Positions 7,820 to 19,975 of a stretch of 32,290 nucleotides of DNA are shown piece after piece. The DNA lies in the NCBI GenBank assembly GCA_903928285.1, contig CAIYQH010000620.1:1-32290 (forward strand). The letters run 5' to 3'. Both the position numbers and the translations under genes were made by a program. Within the stretch, counting starts at the first letter, position 1. Each line of letters starts with the position of its first letter. The notes under the pieces are model-generated. The model was not told the DNA's origin and ran no database searches. It saw only the letters and a list, made by a program, of their open reading frames with translations. The DNA is from an uncultured Bacteroidales bacterium (GTDB taxonomy: Bacteria > Bacteroidota > Bacteroidia > Bacteroidales > FEN-979).

Positions 7820-8949
7820 TGATTTTAAAAACTAATTACCGCTACCACTTATCCCTATTCTTCTGCCTGTTCGGATGGATCCTCGCCAACGGGCAGCCGC
7901 AGGGCCCCGACTGCTGGCCCTCATTCCGCGGCAATGCACGGCTGACGGGAAATGCACCTGTAGTCCTGAAACCGCCATTCCGCCTCCTGTGGACCTTTAA
8001 AACGGGCGATGCCATTAAATCCTCGCCGGTAATCTGCAACGGCACGGTCTATATCGGGTCCAATGATGGTTTTCTCTATGCCCTGACCTCCGCGGGGAGC
8101 CTGAAATGGAAGTTCAATGCCTCAACCGCCATAGAATCACCCCCGCTGATCGTTGAAAATACCATCTATGTCGGATCCCTTGAGGGCATCCTCTTTGCCC
8201 TTGATGCCAATACCGGTATCCTGAAATGGAAATATAAAACCGACGGCCAGATCTCGGGATCGGCAAGCCAGGCCATCAGGATGAGCACTAAAAAGAGTTG
8301 TATCCTGGTAGGAAGTTATGACTTCAGTCTCCATTGTGTTGATGCAGCCTCAGGGAAGGGAATCTGGAAATATGAATCAGGGAATTATATCAACGGGGCC
8401 CCTGCCGTTAGCGGCAACCTCGTTGTTTTCGGAGGATGCGACGGGTTGCTGCATTTGCTGGGGGTGGAGGATGGAAAACAGATCGATCAGGTTGATGTTG
8501 GCACCTATATCCCTGCTTCAGCTGCAATCCCGGTCGACAAGGCTTTTTTTGGAAATTACGACGGGGTATTCTATTGTGTGGATATCCGGCTGAAAAAAAT
8601 CATCTGGCAAACCGAAGGTGGTGGCCCTTTCCTTGCCTCGCCGGCGGTATCGGCAGGGAAGGTCGTTACCGGATCGCAAAACCGCTGTATTTATTGTTTT
8701 GATGCTGCAAGCGGGAAGGAGTTATGGAAATTTAAAACGAACGGGAAGGTTGATGCCTCCCCGGTCATTGCCGGGGATCATGTGGTCGCCGCATCGGCCG
8801 ATGGCAGGATCCATCTGCTGGATATCAGCAACGGAACCGAGAAATGGAGTTATGAAATCGGCAGCCCTGTTTTCAGCACGCCGGCCGTAACCGCAAAAAT
8901 GATCGCTGTTGGCGCCGGCGACGGGAAGGTATATGTTTTCGGGCAATAG
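7819..8949 (+). CDS. Secreted PQQ-like / BamB-like beta-propeller repeat protein
   Basis: I chose the start at ATG 7819 (MILKTNYRYHLSLFFCLFGWILANG), which gives a signal peptide and overlaps the upstream stop (ATCTGATG). Repeated blades are GSLKWKF, GILKWKY, GKGIWKY, KKIIWQT, GKELWKF and TEKWSY. Confidence 0.8.
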   Translation: MILKTNYRYHLSLFFCLFGWILANGQPQGPDCWPSFRGNARLTGNAPVVLKPPFRLLWTFKTGDAIKSSPVICNGTVYIGSNDGFLYALTSAGSLKWKFNASTAIESPPLIVENTIYVGSLEGILFALDANTGILKWKYKTDGQISGSASQAIRMSTKKSCILVGSYDFSLHCVDAASGKGIWKYESGNYINGAPAVSGNLVVFGGCDGLLHLLGVEDGKQIDQVDVGTYIPASAAIPVDKAFFGNYDGVFYCVDIRLKKIIWQTEGGGPFLASPAVSAGKVVTGSQNRCIYCFDAASGKELWKFKTNGKVDASPVIAGDHVVAASADGRIHLLDISNGTEKWSYEIGSPVFSTPAVTAKMIAVGAGDGKVYVFGQ

Positions 8950-9014
8950 AGGAACTTGCCGTTCACAGAAAGGATCGATCTCATTTTACCAAATAAGGAA
9001 TAAAGAAGGAAAGT

Positions 9015-10304
9015 ATGAAAATCGTCAGCATCGTCCCGGGTTTCGGAGGTACCTTTTATTGTGGCAACTGTCTGCGTGACAGCGCCTACGTGCAGTCGTT
9101 ACGGGATGCAGGACATGATGCCATGATATTGCCCATGTACCTCCCGCTGACCGCCGGCCTGGAGCCGAAGGATGACGGGTTGCCGGTGTTTTACGGGGCC
9201 GTCAACATTTACCTGAGACAGCAGTTCCCCCTGTTCCGCCATATGCCGGGATGGATGGAGCGTTTTTTTGATTCAACGCCGTTATTGAAATTTGCCGCAG
9301 GGAAATCGGGTTCAACCCGCGCCAAAGGACTGGAAAAGCTCACCGAATCGATGTTGATGGGCGAGAAGGGGTTTCAGCACAAAGAGCTGGATCACCTGGT
9401 CGAATTCCTAAAGCACCATCAGAAACCTGATATTGTCCATTTTTCAAATGCGCTGCTGCTGGGTATGGCCCGGAGGATCAGGGAGGAGGTTGGCGTGCCG
9501 GTTATCTGTTCGCTGCAGGATGAGGATGTGTGGGTTGATGCCATGGAGGCGAGCTGGGTTGACAGGATCTGGCAGCTGATGGCTGAAAAGGGAAGGGATG
9601 TGGATGCTTTTGTGGCGGTAAGTTCCTGGTTTGCCTCCATAATGCAGGACAAGATGAACATCCCGCAGGACAAGATGCATGTAATCCCTATCGGTGTTGT
9701 TCCGGAACAATATATAGTTACGTCGCCCGCTGCCTCGCCGCAGGCCATCGGATATTTGTCGAGGATCAGTGAAGAAAATGGCTTTGAAGTGCTGATGGAT
9801 GCCTTTATCCTGCTGAAACGACAGCCACGGTTCAGCGACCTGGTTTTGATCGCCACGGGCGGGATGACGGGCGACGACAAGCCTTTCCTGAACCGCCAGC
9901 TGCAGAAGCTCGACAAGATGAATCTTCGTCATTTTTTTACTATCCTGCCCGATTTCAACACAGGAAACCTGCCGGAATTTTTCAGGAACCTGTCGGTACT
10001 GACGGTCCCTGTGTTGAAGGGGGAGGCCTTCGGACTGTACCAGCTTGAAGCGCTGGCATCAGGGGTCCCGCTGGTGCAGCCCCAACTGGGGGCATTCCCC
10101 GAAGTGATCGGTTTGACAGGAGGTGGGGTAATTTATCATCCAAATACAGCGGAAATGCTGGCATCCAAACTGGCGGAGGTGCTTTCCAATCCTGACCGGC
10201 TCAGCCAAATGGGCCTGGCAGGAAGGAGATCGGTGGAAGACCATTTCGACAGCAGAAAGCTCACAAAAAGAATGCTGGAGCTTTACCTCCAGGTTGCCCT
10301 GTAA
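9015..10304 (+). CDS. Glycosyltransferase, GT4 (GT-B fold, group 1) family
   Basis: The C-terminal EX7E-type region GEAFGLYQLEALASGVPLVQP is present, and the length (429 aa) and layout fit. The N-terminus carries an unusual FYCGNCLRD motif. Confidence 0.8.
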   Translation: MKIVSIVPGFGGTFYCGNCLRDSAYVQSLRDAGHDAMILPMYLPLTAGLEPKDDGLPVFYGAVNIYLRQQFPLFRHMPGWMERFFDSTPLLKFAAGKSGSTRAKGLEKLTESMLMGEKGFQHKELDHLVEFLKHHQKPDIVHFSNALLLGMARRIREEVGVPVICSLQDEDVWVDAMEASWVDRIWQLMAEKGRDVDAFVAVSSWFASIMQDKMNIPQDKMHVIPIGVVPEQYIVTSPAASPQAIGYLSRISEENGFEVLMDAFILLKRQPRFSDLVLIATGGMTGDDKPFLNRQLQKLDKMNLRHFFTILPDFNTGNLPEFFRNLSVLTVPVLKGEAFGLYQLEALASGVPLVQPQLGAFPEVIGLTGGGVIYHPNTAEMLASKLAEVLSNPDRLSQMGLAGRRSVEDHFDSRKLTKRMLELYLQVAL

Positions 10305-10324
10305 TTATTGAGAGAATAACACGA

Positions 10325-11032
10325 TTGTTAATCCATTTATTCATGATGCTTGCAGAACTCCGGAATATTTCCAAATCATATGGCACCCAGGGAAAGGGCA
10401 ATCTGGTACTGGACCAGGTTTCCCTGGCGATCGGGGAGAACGAGTCGCTGGCCATCACAGGCCCGTCTGGCTCGGGAAAAAGCACATTGCTGAATATCCT
10501 GGGAACGCTCGATTCGCCGGGTTCCGGGGAGGTTATCCTGAATGGAACCAATGTCAGCCTGTTTACCGCGAACGGACTGGCCGCAATCCGCAACCGGTTC
10601 ATCGGCTTTGTTTTTCAGCAGCATCACCTGTTGCCACAACTCACGCTGATCGAAAATGTGCTGTTGCCTTTGATGCCGGTCAGAGACAGGGTAAACCGCA
10701 AAGATGGCGAGGAACGTGCCCGTCGTCTGCTCGACAGGGTCGGGCTTGCCGGAATGATCCATCGCCGGCCTGCGAATTTGTCGGTGGGCGAATGTCAGCG
10801 GGCAGCGGTGGTAAGGGCGATGGTTAACCAGCCGAAGCTGCTGCTGGCGGATGAACCAACGGGTTCGCTCGATGCCGGCAATGCCATGCAACTTGGGAAA
10901 TTGCTGGCAGAGCTGAATCTTGAACAAAAACTTGCCGTGGTGGTGGTAACGCATTCGATGGAGATTGCCATGCGGATGGGGAAAATCTATCAGCTTGCCT
11001 CCGGGAAAATTACCTTGCTGGAAAAATCATGA
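10325..11032 (+). CDS. ABC transporter ATP-binding protein (MacB/LolD/FtsE-like family) with non-canonical signature motif
   Basis: Walker A is GPSGSGKST, Q-loop FVFQQHHL, Walker B LLLADEPTGSLD and H-loop VVVTHS. The signature reads LSVGECQR instead of LSGGQ. Likely true starts are Met 10343 or 10346 (MMLAELRNISKSY). The stop overlaps the next start (ATGA at 11029). Confidence 0.9.
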   Translation: MLIHLFMMLAELRNISKSYGTQGKGNLVLDQVSLAIGENESLAITGPSGSGKSTLLNILGTLDSPGSGEVILNGTNVSLFTANGLAAIRNRFIGFVFQQHHLLPQLTLIENVLLPLMPVRDRVNRKDGEERARRLLDRVGLAGMIHRRPANLSVGECQRAAVVRAMVNQPKLLLADEPTGSLDAGNAMQLGKLLAELNLEQKLAVVVVTHSMEIAMRMGKIYQLASGKITLLEKS

Positions 11033-14000
11033 GCAGGATCCGATTTTTACTCCGCAACCTTTGGTTCTACCGTAAACCCTACCTGGCTGTTGCGGCCGGT
11101 GTGATGGTAAGTACCGCGGTACTCACCGGTGCCCTGATCGTCGGCGATTCGGTAACATTCAGCATGCGGCGTTATACCGATGTCAGGCTGGGATCCATTC
11201 GGTACTCCTTGCCGCAGGGGGAGCGGTTTTTCAGGCAGGAACTGGCGCATGAAATATCTTCGGAAACCCATATCCCGGTTGCCCCTGCCATCCGGTGCGG
11301 GGCCATTGCCATCAACAGTGATAAGAATCAGAGGATCAACCAGGTTGAAGTAATTGGGATCGACAGCCGGTTTACCGGCTTCTGGGACCGGTTGCTGCCG
11401 GTGCCAAAAGAGGACGAAGCCATCATCAGCAGTAATGCGGCAGAGAAACTGGGAGTGAAAACCGGCGAAGAGATGCTGCTTCGTATTCAGAAGGTGGGGA
11501 AGACCCCTGCCAACGCCCCATTTTCAGCGGAAAAGGAGGCTTCCGTATCGGTGCGGCTGAAAGTTGCCGGCATCGCCCGTGAAGAGCAAATGGGCCGATT
11601 CAGCCTGAGAAGCAATCAAACGGCTCCTTACAACATTTTCATCTCTTTGCCGCAGATAACCTCCATGTTGGGAATGACCGGGTATGCCAACCTGCTCGTT
11701 ACAGGCGATAATGGAGGAAAGAAAGCCGATCTGGTCACTTGTGGCAATGCGCTCCGGGCCTGCTGGAAACCTGAGGATGCCGGACTGCATTTCACCGCCC
11801 TGACCGGTTCAGACAGCTTATGGGAAATTACCAGCGACCGCATCTTTTTTGATGACTCCACGGCCGGTGCTATTGAATCTGCCATCCCGCAATGCGGTGC
11901 TGTATTGACCTACCTCGTAAATGCCATCTCCGCCAACGGAAAAGTTACCCCCTATTCGTTCGTAACGGCTGCCAATGAAGCCTTTCTGCATGAAACTCCC
12001 GGTCCCGGGGAGATCCTCGTCAATGAGTGGCTGGCGCAGGACCTGGGAATCGGTAGCGGCGACAGGGTATCCCTGCGTTATTTTATCATGGGACCGTTGC
12101 GGACGATGAAGGAGGACAGTACGTTTTTTCAAGTCAGAAGAGTCATTCCTGGCAAAACTCCCCCGGGAGATCCTCAGCTGATGCCCGGTTTCCCGGGAAT
12201 GTCGGACGCCGGGAACTGCCGTGACTGGGAAACCGGCGCGCCAATTGATCTGAAAAAGATACGGGATAAGGATGAACGCTATTGGAAAAATTTCAGGGGA
12301 ACGCCGAAAGCCTTTATTTCTCTAGAAACCGGGAAAAAAATCTGGAATAACAGGTTTGGACACCATACTGCATTCAGGTTTCATGCAACCCAAAAGGAGC
12401 TTGCCGGGATAAAATCCCGGATAATGGAAAAACTCCGGCCGGAACATTTTGGACTCACCTTTCAGCCGGTATACCAGGAGGGACAAGCGGCGGCAGGCCA
12501 TTCAACAGATTTCGGCCAGTTGTTCCTCAGCCTGAGCTTTTTTATCATCCTGAGCGCGTTACTGCTGACAGCCATGCTGTTTGCCATGCTTGCACGCTCG
12601 CGTTTGGCTGAAACAGCGATCCTTGCCACTACCGGTTTCCGCAGGCAGCAGATCTTCGGTATGCTTGCAGCAGAGTCGTCGCTGGTAGCCGTTGCCGGCG
12701 CCATCCCGGGTGTCATTGCCGGGATCCTCTACAACAAAATGGTGATTTTCGGATTAAATACCCTCTGGTACGATGCGGTAAACACCTCCATGGTGGTGAT
12801 GGATATCGAACCGGTTACGCTGTTATACGGGATATTATCAGGATTGGGCATTTCCCTGCTGGTTTTGATCGCCGTGCTGGCGATAAATCTCCGCAACCCA
12901 CTGGCATCGATGGTAAAAGGGACCTATGGTATACAGGATGTTGCCGGTTCCCGTAACGCCAGGTTGTGGACCTTTATTACAGGCCTGGTTTCCATTGCCG
13001 GTGCCCTGGCCCTTATCCTGCTACTGTTGATCCATAGACAAACCATGGATGTTGCCCTGTTCCTCACCGCCGGGGCATTACTCCTGATGGGGCTGCTGTG
13101 CCTGCTGGATTTCTTGCTGATCCGGGAAACCATGAAAGAAACGGATACCATCAATAGGTTCCCGGAACTGGTTGTAAAAAATCTCGTGTTGAACCGGAAA
13201 AGAACCATGGCAGTCGTTACGTTGCTGGCGCTGGGAACCTTTACCATTGTGATCACCGGGGCAAACAGGAGGACCTTTTACGGGACCGAATCAAGCCGCA
13301 GTTCGGGAACGGGTGGGTTCCTGTTCTGGACTGCGACAACGATTCCCATCCTGAATGACCTGAATACGCCTGCCGGGGCCAAACGCTACGGGTTGGAGGA
13401 TGAACCGCTGCTGCGGCATGTACGGTTCATCGAGCTGACCCGCATGGATGGCGATGATGCCAGCTGCCTGAATCTGAACCAGGTTTCCCGGCCTGCCCTG
13501 CTTGGCGTGCCACCGCAGTATTTTAACAAAGTACATGCCTTCAGCTTCAACAGTCTGCTGCCAGCAGCCAACCATCAATCACCCTGGAAAACCCTGCAGA
13601 ATCCCCTTGCGCCGGATATGATCGCGGGGTTTGCCGACCAGACCGTAATCACCTGGGGATTACAGAAAAAAACCGGGGATACCCTCTTTTACAGGGATGA
13701 ATCGGGAAAAGTATTAAAAGTCAAGTTGATAGGAGGATTGGACAATTCTGTTTTCCAGGGAAACATCCTGGTTTCCGACAGCCTTCTGCGCCTGTTTTAT
13801 CCTTCCGCAGGGGGTTCGCGCGTCATGCTGGTCGATGGCCCCGCATTCCTGAAAGATACCCTTGCCTTACGGCTCGAGTCGCTCTTCCGCGACCAGGGAA
13901 TGATGATCACCACCACCGCGGCAAGGCTCGCCACCTTTAATTCGGTGGAGAACACCTACCTGTCGGTATTTATGTTGTTGGGAGGATTGGGGGTGATTAT

Positions 14001-14334
14001 CGGTACCATTGGGCTGGGGATCGTGATTATGCAGGCAATCCGGCAGCGGAAACGGGAATTTGCCATCTACCTTGCATTAGGATTTACAGGTAAATTTATC
14101 TTCAGGCTGATCGTGGCGGAACATGTTGCCATGGTGTTGTCTGCCATATTCATCGGGGGAGTCGCTGCCCTGGCAGGCATCCTCCCCTCACTCATTTCAC
14201 AGGGTTATTATTTGCCAGGATTTTTCCTCACCGGGATCCTCCTGGTGTTGATTGGAAACGGGCTGCTGTGGATCATCCTTGCAGGCAGGGCCGTGATGAA
14301 AACCGATCTCCTTCAGGGTTTAAGGGAGGAATAA
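11029..14334 (+). CDS. Large FtsX-family ABC permease with two FtsX/MacB-type modules (YbbP-like architecture)
   Basis: The protein is 1101 aa. It has an N-terminal TM (LAVAAGVMVSTAVLTGALIVGD), a long extracytoplasmic segment, a TM cluster around residues 495-620, a second extracytoplasmic segment, and a C-terminal TM cluster (LSVFMLLGGLGVIIGTIGLGIV...). It is translationally coupled to the ATPase. Confidence 0.85.
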   Translation: MSRIRFLLRNLWFYRKPYLAVAAGVMVSTAVLTGALIVGDSVTFSMRRYTDVRLGSIRYSLPQGERFFRQELAHEISSETHIPVAPAIRCGAIAINSDKNQRINQVEVIGIDSRFTGFWDRLLPVPKEDEAIISSNAAEKLGVKTGEEMLLRIQKVGKTPANAPFSAEKEASVSVRLKVAGIAREEQMGRFSLRSNQTAPYNIFISLPQITSMLGMTGYANLLVTGDNGGKKADLVTCGNALRACWKPEDAGLHFTALTGSDSLWEITSDRIFFDDSTAGAIESAIPQCGAVLTYLVNAISANGKVTPYSFVTAANEAFLHETPGPGEILVNEWLAQDLGIGSGDRVSLRYFIMGPLRTMKEDSTFFQVRRVIPGKTPPGDPQLMPGFPGMSDAGNCRDWETGAPIDLKKIRDKDERYWKNFRGTPKAFISLETGKKIWNNRFGHHTAFRFHATQKELAGIKSRIMEKLRPEHFGLTFQPVYQEGQAAAGHSTDFGQLFLSLSFFIILSALLLTAMLFAMLARSRLAETAILATTGFRRQQIFGMLAAESSLVAVAGAIPGVIAGILYNKMVIFGLNTLWYDAVNTSMVVMDIEPVTLLYGILSGLGISLLVLIAVLAINLRNPLASMVKGTYGIQDVAGSRNARLWTFITGLVSIAGALALILLLLIHRQTMDVALFLTAGALLLMGLLCLLDFLLIRETMKETDTINRFPELVVKNLVLNRKRTMAVVTLLALGTFTIVITGANRRTFYGTESSRSSGTGGFLFWTATTIPILNDLNTPAGAKRYGLEDEPLLRHVRFIELTRMDGDDASCLNLNQVSRPALLGVPPQYFNKVHAFSFNSLLPAANHQSPWKTLQNPLAPDMIAGFADQTVITWGLQKKTGDTLFYRDESGKVLKVKLIGGLDNSVFQGNILVSDSLLRLFYPSAGGSRVMLVDGPAFLKDTLALRLESLFRDQGMMITTTAARLATFNSVENTYLSVFMLLGGLGVIIGTIGLGIVIMQAIRQRKREFAIYLALGFTGKFIFRLIVAEHVAMVLSAIFIGGVAALAGILPSLISQGYYLPGFFLTGILLVLIGNGLLWIILAGRAVMKTDLLQGLREE

Positions 14335-14785
14335 AAAAATTCATATGCGAAATCTTGAATTTCAACAGTTTTTACCTGTCACGCCTGCGGAGGCCTGGAA
14401 GTTTTTCAGCAATCCCGCCAATCTTGGCAGGATCACCCCCAAAGCGATGAACTTTATGATATGGTCGAAAATGCCCGAAAATATCTACCCGGGACTGATT
14501 ATCAGGTACACCGTTTCACCCATGTTCCATATTCCCCTGAACTGGGTCACCGAGATAACCCATGTACGGGAACCCTTTTGCTTTGTAGATGAACAGCGTT
14601 CGGGACCCTATGCGATATGGCATCATGAGCATCATTTTGAAGAGGTGCCCGGCGGGGTGATGATGACCGACAAATTGTTCTATAAGGTCCCCTTCGGGCC
14701 GATCGGCAAACTGGCCGACCTGTTGTTCGTACACCGGAAGGTGGAGGGGATTTTCAGTTACCGCAGCCGTATTCTGGAAAACGGG

Positions 14786-17068
<2,283 letters not shown>

Positions 17069-18085
17069 CGTCGTTGGGTCTTGAAAATTGATTGTTGATA
17101 TATTCAGCGCATTTTTGAGGATGTCCGGTCCAGTCTATATCGTCTATTTTCCATCGGGTTGTGATCCCGTCGGAATACATACAGGTGATGTCGCCGGGTT
17201 TGAAATCAAATTCAAAGACCCTTGGCGTACGCATATTATGGCCCATGATACCTCCGAACGACATCAGGTTTTTTTTGCCATCCGGCGAGAAGATAAACCC
17301 TTCGATGTTACCGATGCCCGACCAGGTAAGCTTCCGGCCCTCAGTATCGATACGCATCAGTCCGATGGTCGAACCCCGGGTGCCCTGAAGCGAGTTGTGC
17401 ACGTGATGCATCAGGGTGCCTACAGGAAGTTCCGACTTCAGGATGATTTGTTCACGGGCCAGTTGTGATGCCAGGTTTGCCTCACCGCCGTGACCAAGGC
17501 CGTCGATAACGGCTGCAACGCTCAGATCCGGCCCTAGGTGTGTCACCACATAGCTGTCGCCGTTCAGTATCTCTCCTGGTTTGCTTCGTGAAACTGCACC
17601 GATTTCCAGCCGTTTATTTGTCCCCAACCAGTATTTGTTCGGCAGATATTTCAAGGTGCGGACACAGTTTTTGAAATGGGGATACCCTGAGAAAAAGGCA
17701 GTTTTGAAATCGTGGGTCATTGATGGATTGATCTCCATCTCATCCGAGAACCGGCGAATGGAGCCCATCCCGATACCCAGGGATGCTTTCCCGGTATATC
17801 CGTCCTTTAAAACCTTCTGGAAATCACCGATTCCTTCACCCGAGTCGCAACACCAGACCTCTATCCCCTTATGGTTTTGTCCGTCTGTAAAATGACAGAT
17901 CACCAGGAAGCCTGTACCCCCGCCATGTCGGATAACGTTAGTTACCAGTTCAGTAACCATGATGGCAACCTCCCCGGTTTTCACATCGTCGAACCCCATC
18001 TGGGCAGCGAGACTCACGGCTTTTCTCCGGCAGATGCCTACATCGGAATCGTTTTCAATCTGCAGGCTGAGGATATTTTTGCGGG

Positions 18086-18511
18086 TTATTTCCATTTCAT
18101 GATTCGTACAGCCGTCCCTTCATTCACCGTTGACAGAATTTCAAACCGGTCGACCAGCCTTTTGGCGCCGGGCAAACCGTATCCCATCCCCATCCCTGAA
18201 GTATAACCATCACTCATGGCCTGATCCAGGTCTTCGATCCCCGGACCACTATCGGTACATGTAACGATCAGTGCCTCATGGTTCTCAACTTCGCCACGTT
18301 CAATGACAACCTCTCCCCCTCCCGCGTAGCTGTACATGTTGCGGAATAATTCACTGACAGCTGTGGTAATGCGGGTTTGATCCACAATTCCCATGCCGGC
18401 TTCCTTGGCGTACTGCCTGATCATCTGCCTTACCGTAACAATGTCATACTCGGTATCAATTTTAAATTTTCCAAGCAGTTCACTCTTTATATCGGAGGCA
18501 AATTCCAGCAT
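18086..18511 (-). CDS. Stand-alone RsbT-like anti-sigma-regulatory-factor-type Ser/Thr kinase
   Basis: The protein is 141 aa. Motifs are TAVSELFRNMYSYAGGG, CTDSGPGIEDL and GMGMGYGLPGAKRL. It sits immediately after the RsbS-like gene, as in rsbR-rsbS-rsbT modules. Confidence 0.85.
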   Translation of the reverse strand: MLEFASDIKSELLGKFKIDTEYDIVTVRQMIRQYAKEAGMGIVDQTRITTAVSELFRNMYSYAGGGEVVIERGEVENHEALIVTCTDSGPGIEDLDQAMSDGYTSGMGMGYGLPGAKRLVDRFEILSTVNEGTAVRIMKWK

Positions 18512-18521
18512 CGGAATTGTA

Positions 18522-18911
18522 TTAATTGGCGTCGTTTTTTCTGTTTTTCAGCCTTCTTTCGAGCATCTCCATCCCTTTTTCCATATTCAGGGCAGTATCG
18601 ACTCCGGGCATCTCAAGGCCCAGCTCCACCAGTGTTATGGCAACCGCCGGCTGCATGCCGACGATAACCACCGAAGTATCCATGATGGCCGCCATGGAGG
18701 CCATGCCCGAAAGCATACGGCCGATGAACGAATCAACCATCTCGAGTACTGAAATATCAATCAAAACCCCCTTTGCCCTCGTCTTTGCAATCTCTTCAAG
18801 AATCTGTGACTGGAGCTGGATAGCCAGTTTGTCGTGCATGTCCACCTGGATAGGCACGATCAAATAATCATGGATCTTGATTATCGGAATTCTCTTCTCG
18901 TGTAAGTTCAT
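18522..18911 (-). CDS. RsbS-like single-domain STAS protein
   Basis: The protein is 129 aa. The STAS pattern is IPIIKIHDYLIVPIQVDM...GVLIDISVLEMVDSFIGRML, with a Ser in the conserved phospho-acceptor DS position. Confidence 0.85.
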   Translation of the reverse strand: MNLHEKRIPIIKIHDYLIVPIQVDMHDKLAIQLQSQILEEIAKTRAKGVLIDISVLEMVDSFIGRMLSGMASMAAIMDTSVVIVGMQPAVAITLVELGLEMPGVDTALNMEKGMEMLERRLKNRKNDAN

Positions 18912-18926
18912 GATTTTCAGGTATTC

Positions 18927-19607
18927 TTAGTCGTTTGGGAGAGCAATGGCACCCAAGGCCCTGATCTCGTCGTCGCGTTTGTTTTGCTTCATGGCAAAGA
19001 TCATGGCATCCTGCAGCGTGGCTTTCGTCCTGATGGCCGATAAATCAATACCCAGATGAACGATGGTTTGTGCAATGGCAGGGCTTATCCCTGAAATGAT
19101 ACACTCTGCCCCAAGCAGCCGTGCCGCAGTGACGGTTTTTAACAGGTGGTTGGCCACCTGGGTATCGACCGTCGGAACGCCGGTAATGTCAAGGATGGAG
19201 ATCGTACAACCGGTTTCCACGATTTTTTGCAGGAGGTTTTCCATCATTACCTGTGTACGCTGGCTGTCGAGGGTCCCGATTACAGGAAGGATCAGGATAT
19301 TGTCCCAGACTTTACTGACAGGGCTCGACAGTTCAAGCAGGTCTTCCTGTTGCTGCAAAATGGTCTTTTGCTGCTCCTGGATCTTCGACAACTTGCTTTC
19401 CAGCTCTTGCTGCATCTTTTCGCGCTTACGTAATTCATCGGTCAGGTCATTGATAAGCAGGTCAATGGCAGCCTCAATTCCGCTGAAATCATCTTCAGTT
19501 TCAGAACCGATGCGGGCATCCATATCGCCGGCGGCTACCGAAGCAAGAATGTCCTCAACCCGGGTGATCCGGTCTTTCATGTTTGTGATGTTGAATAGTT
19601 CGCTCAT
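18927..19607 (-). CDS. RsbR-like protein: short coiled-coil N-terminal region + C-terminal STAS domain
   Basis: The C-terminus has ILILPVIGTLDSQR...ISILDITGVPTVDTQVANHL, with a Thr in the conserved VDT phospho-acceptor position. The N-terminal 100 aa or so are charged and heptad-like (ELRKREKMQQELESKLSKIQEQQKTILQQQEDL). Confidence 0.8.
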   Translation of the reverse strand: MSELFNITNMKDRITRVEDILASVAAGDMDARIGSETEDDFSGIEAAIDLLINDLTDELRKREKMQQELESKLSKIQEQQKTILQQQEDLLELSSPVSKVWDNILILPVIGTLDSQRTQVMMENLLQKIVETGCTISILDITGVPTVDTQVANHLLKTVTAARLLGAECIISGISPAIAQTIVHLGIDLSAIRTKATLQDAMIFAMKQNKRDDEIRALGAIALPND

Positions 19608-19609
19608 GG

Positions 19610-19975
19610 TTATTTTCTCCTTTTTTCAATCCATTGGTACGCTTCATCGAAATCTTTGAAAAAATCTGATTCGGCCTTCAGTGAACCGAGTTTCATCAAT
19701 ACCTTCGCGATCATCCGCCCGGCAGCATTGGCACCGACATAGGCCACATCGGTAATCCGGGCCTGGTTCAGCATGTCGTTTGATATCGTACGTGTTTCGC
19801 GGCTTTCCATATTTCTCCCTTCGCGAAGATCGACAACGATTTGCCGGTAAGGTTTTCCTTCCAGCATCTCGATGTATTTTTTACCGAAATAGAGCGTTTC
19901 CGCTGTCGAAAAATCTCCTTTGATTTGCAGATGAAGAAGCTGATGTTCTTCATCATACCAGATTTTATGTTCCAT
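19610..19975 (-). CDS. Small SpoIIAA/STAS-like protein (tentative)
   Basis: The protein is 121 aa and lies 2 nt upstream of the RsbR-like gene. The pattern HLQIKGDFS...RQIVVDLREG...VAYVGANAAGRMI...FFKDFDEAYQWI resembles STAS/SpoIIAA-like small proteins. The assignment is from pattern only. Confidence 0.5.
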   Translation of the reverse strand: MEHKIWYDEEHQLLHLQIKGDFSTAETLYFGKKYIEMLEGKPYRQIVVDLREGRNMESRETRTISNDMLNQARITDVAYVGANAAGRMIAKVLMKLGSLKAESDFFKDFDEAYQWIEKRRK

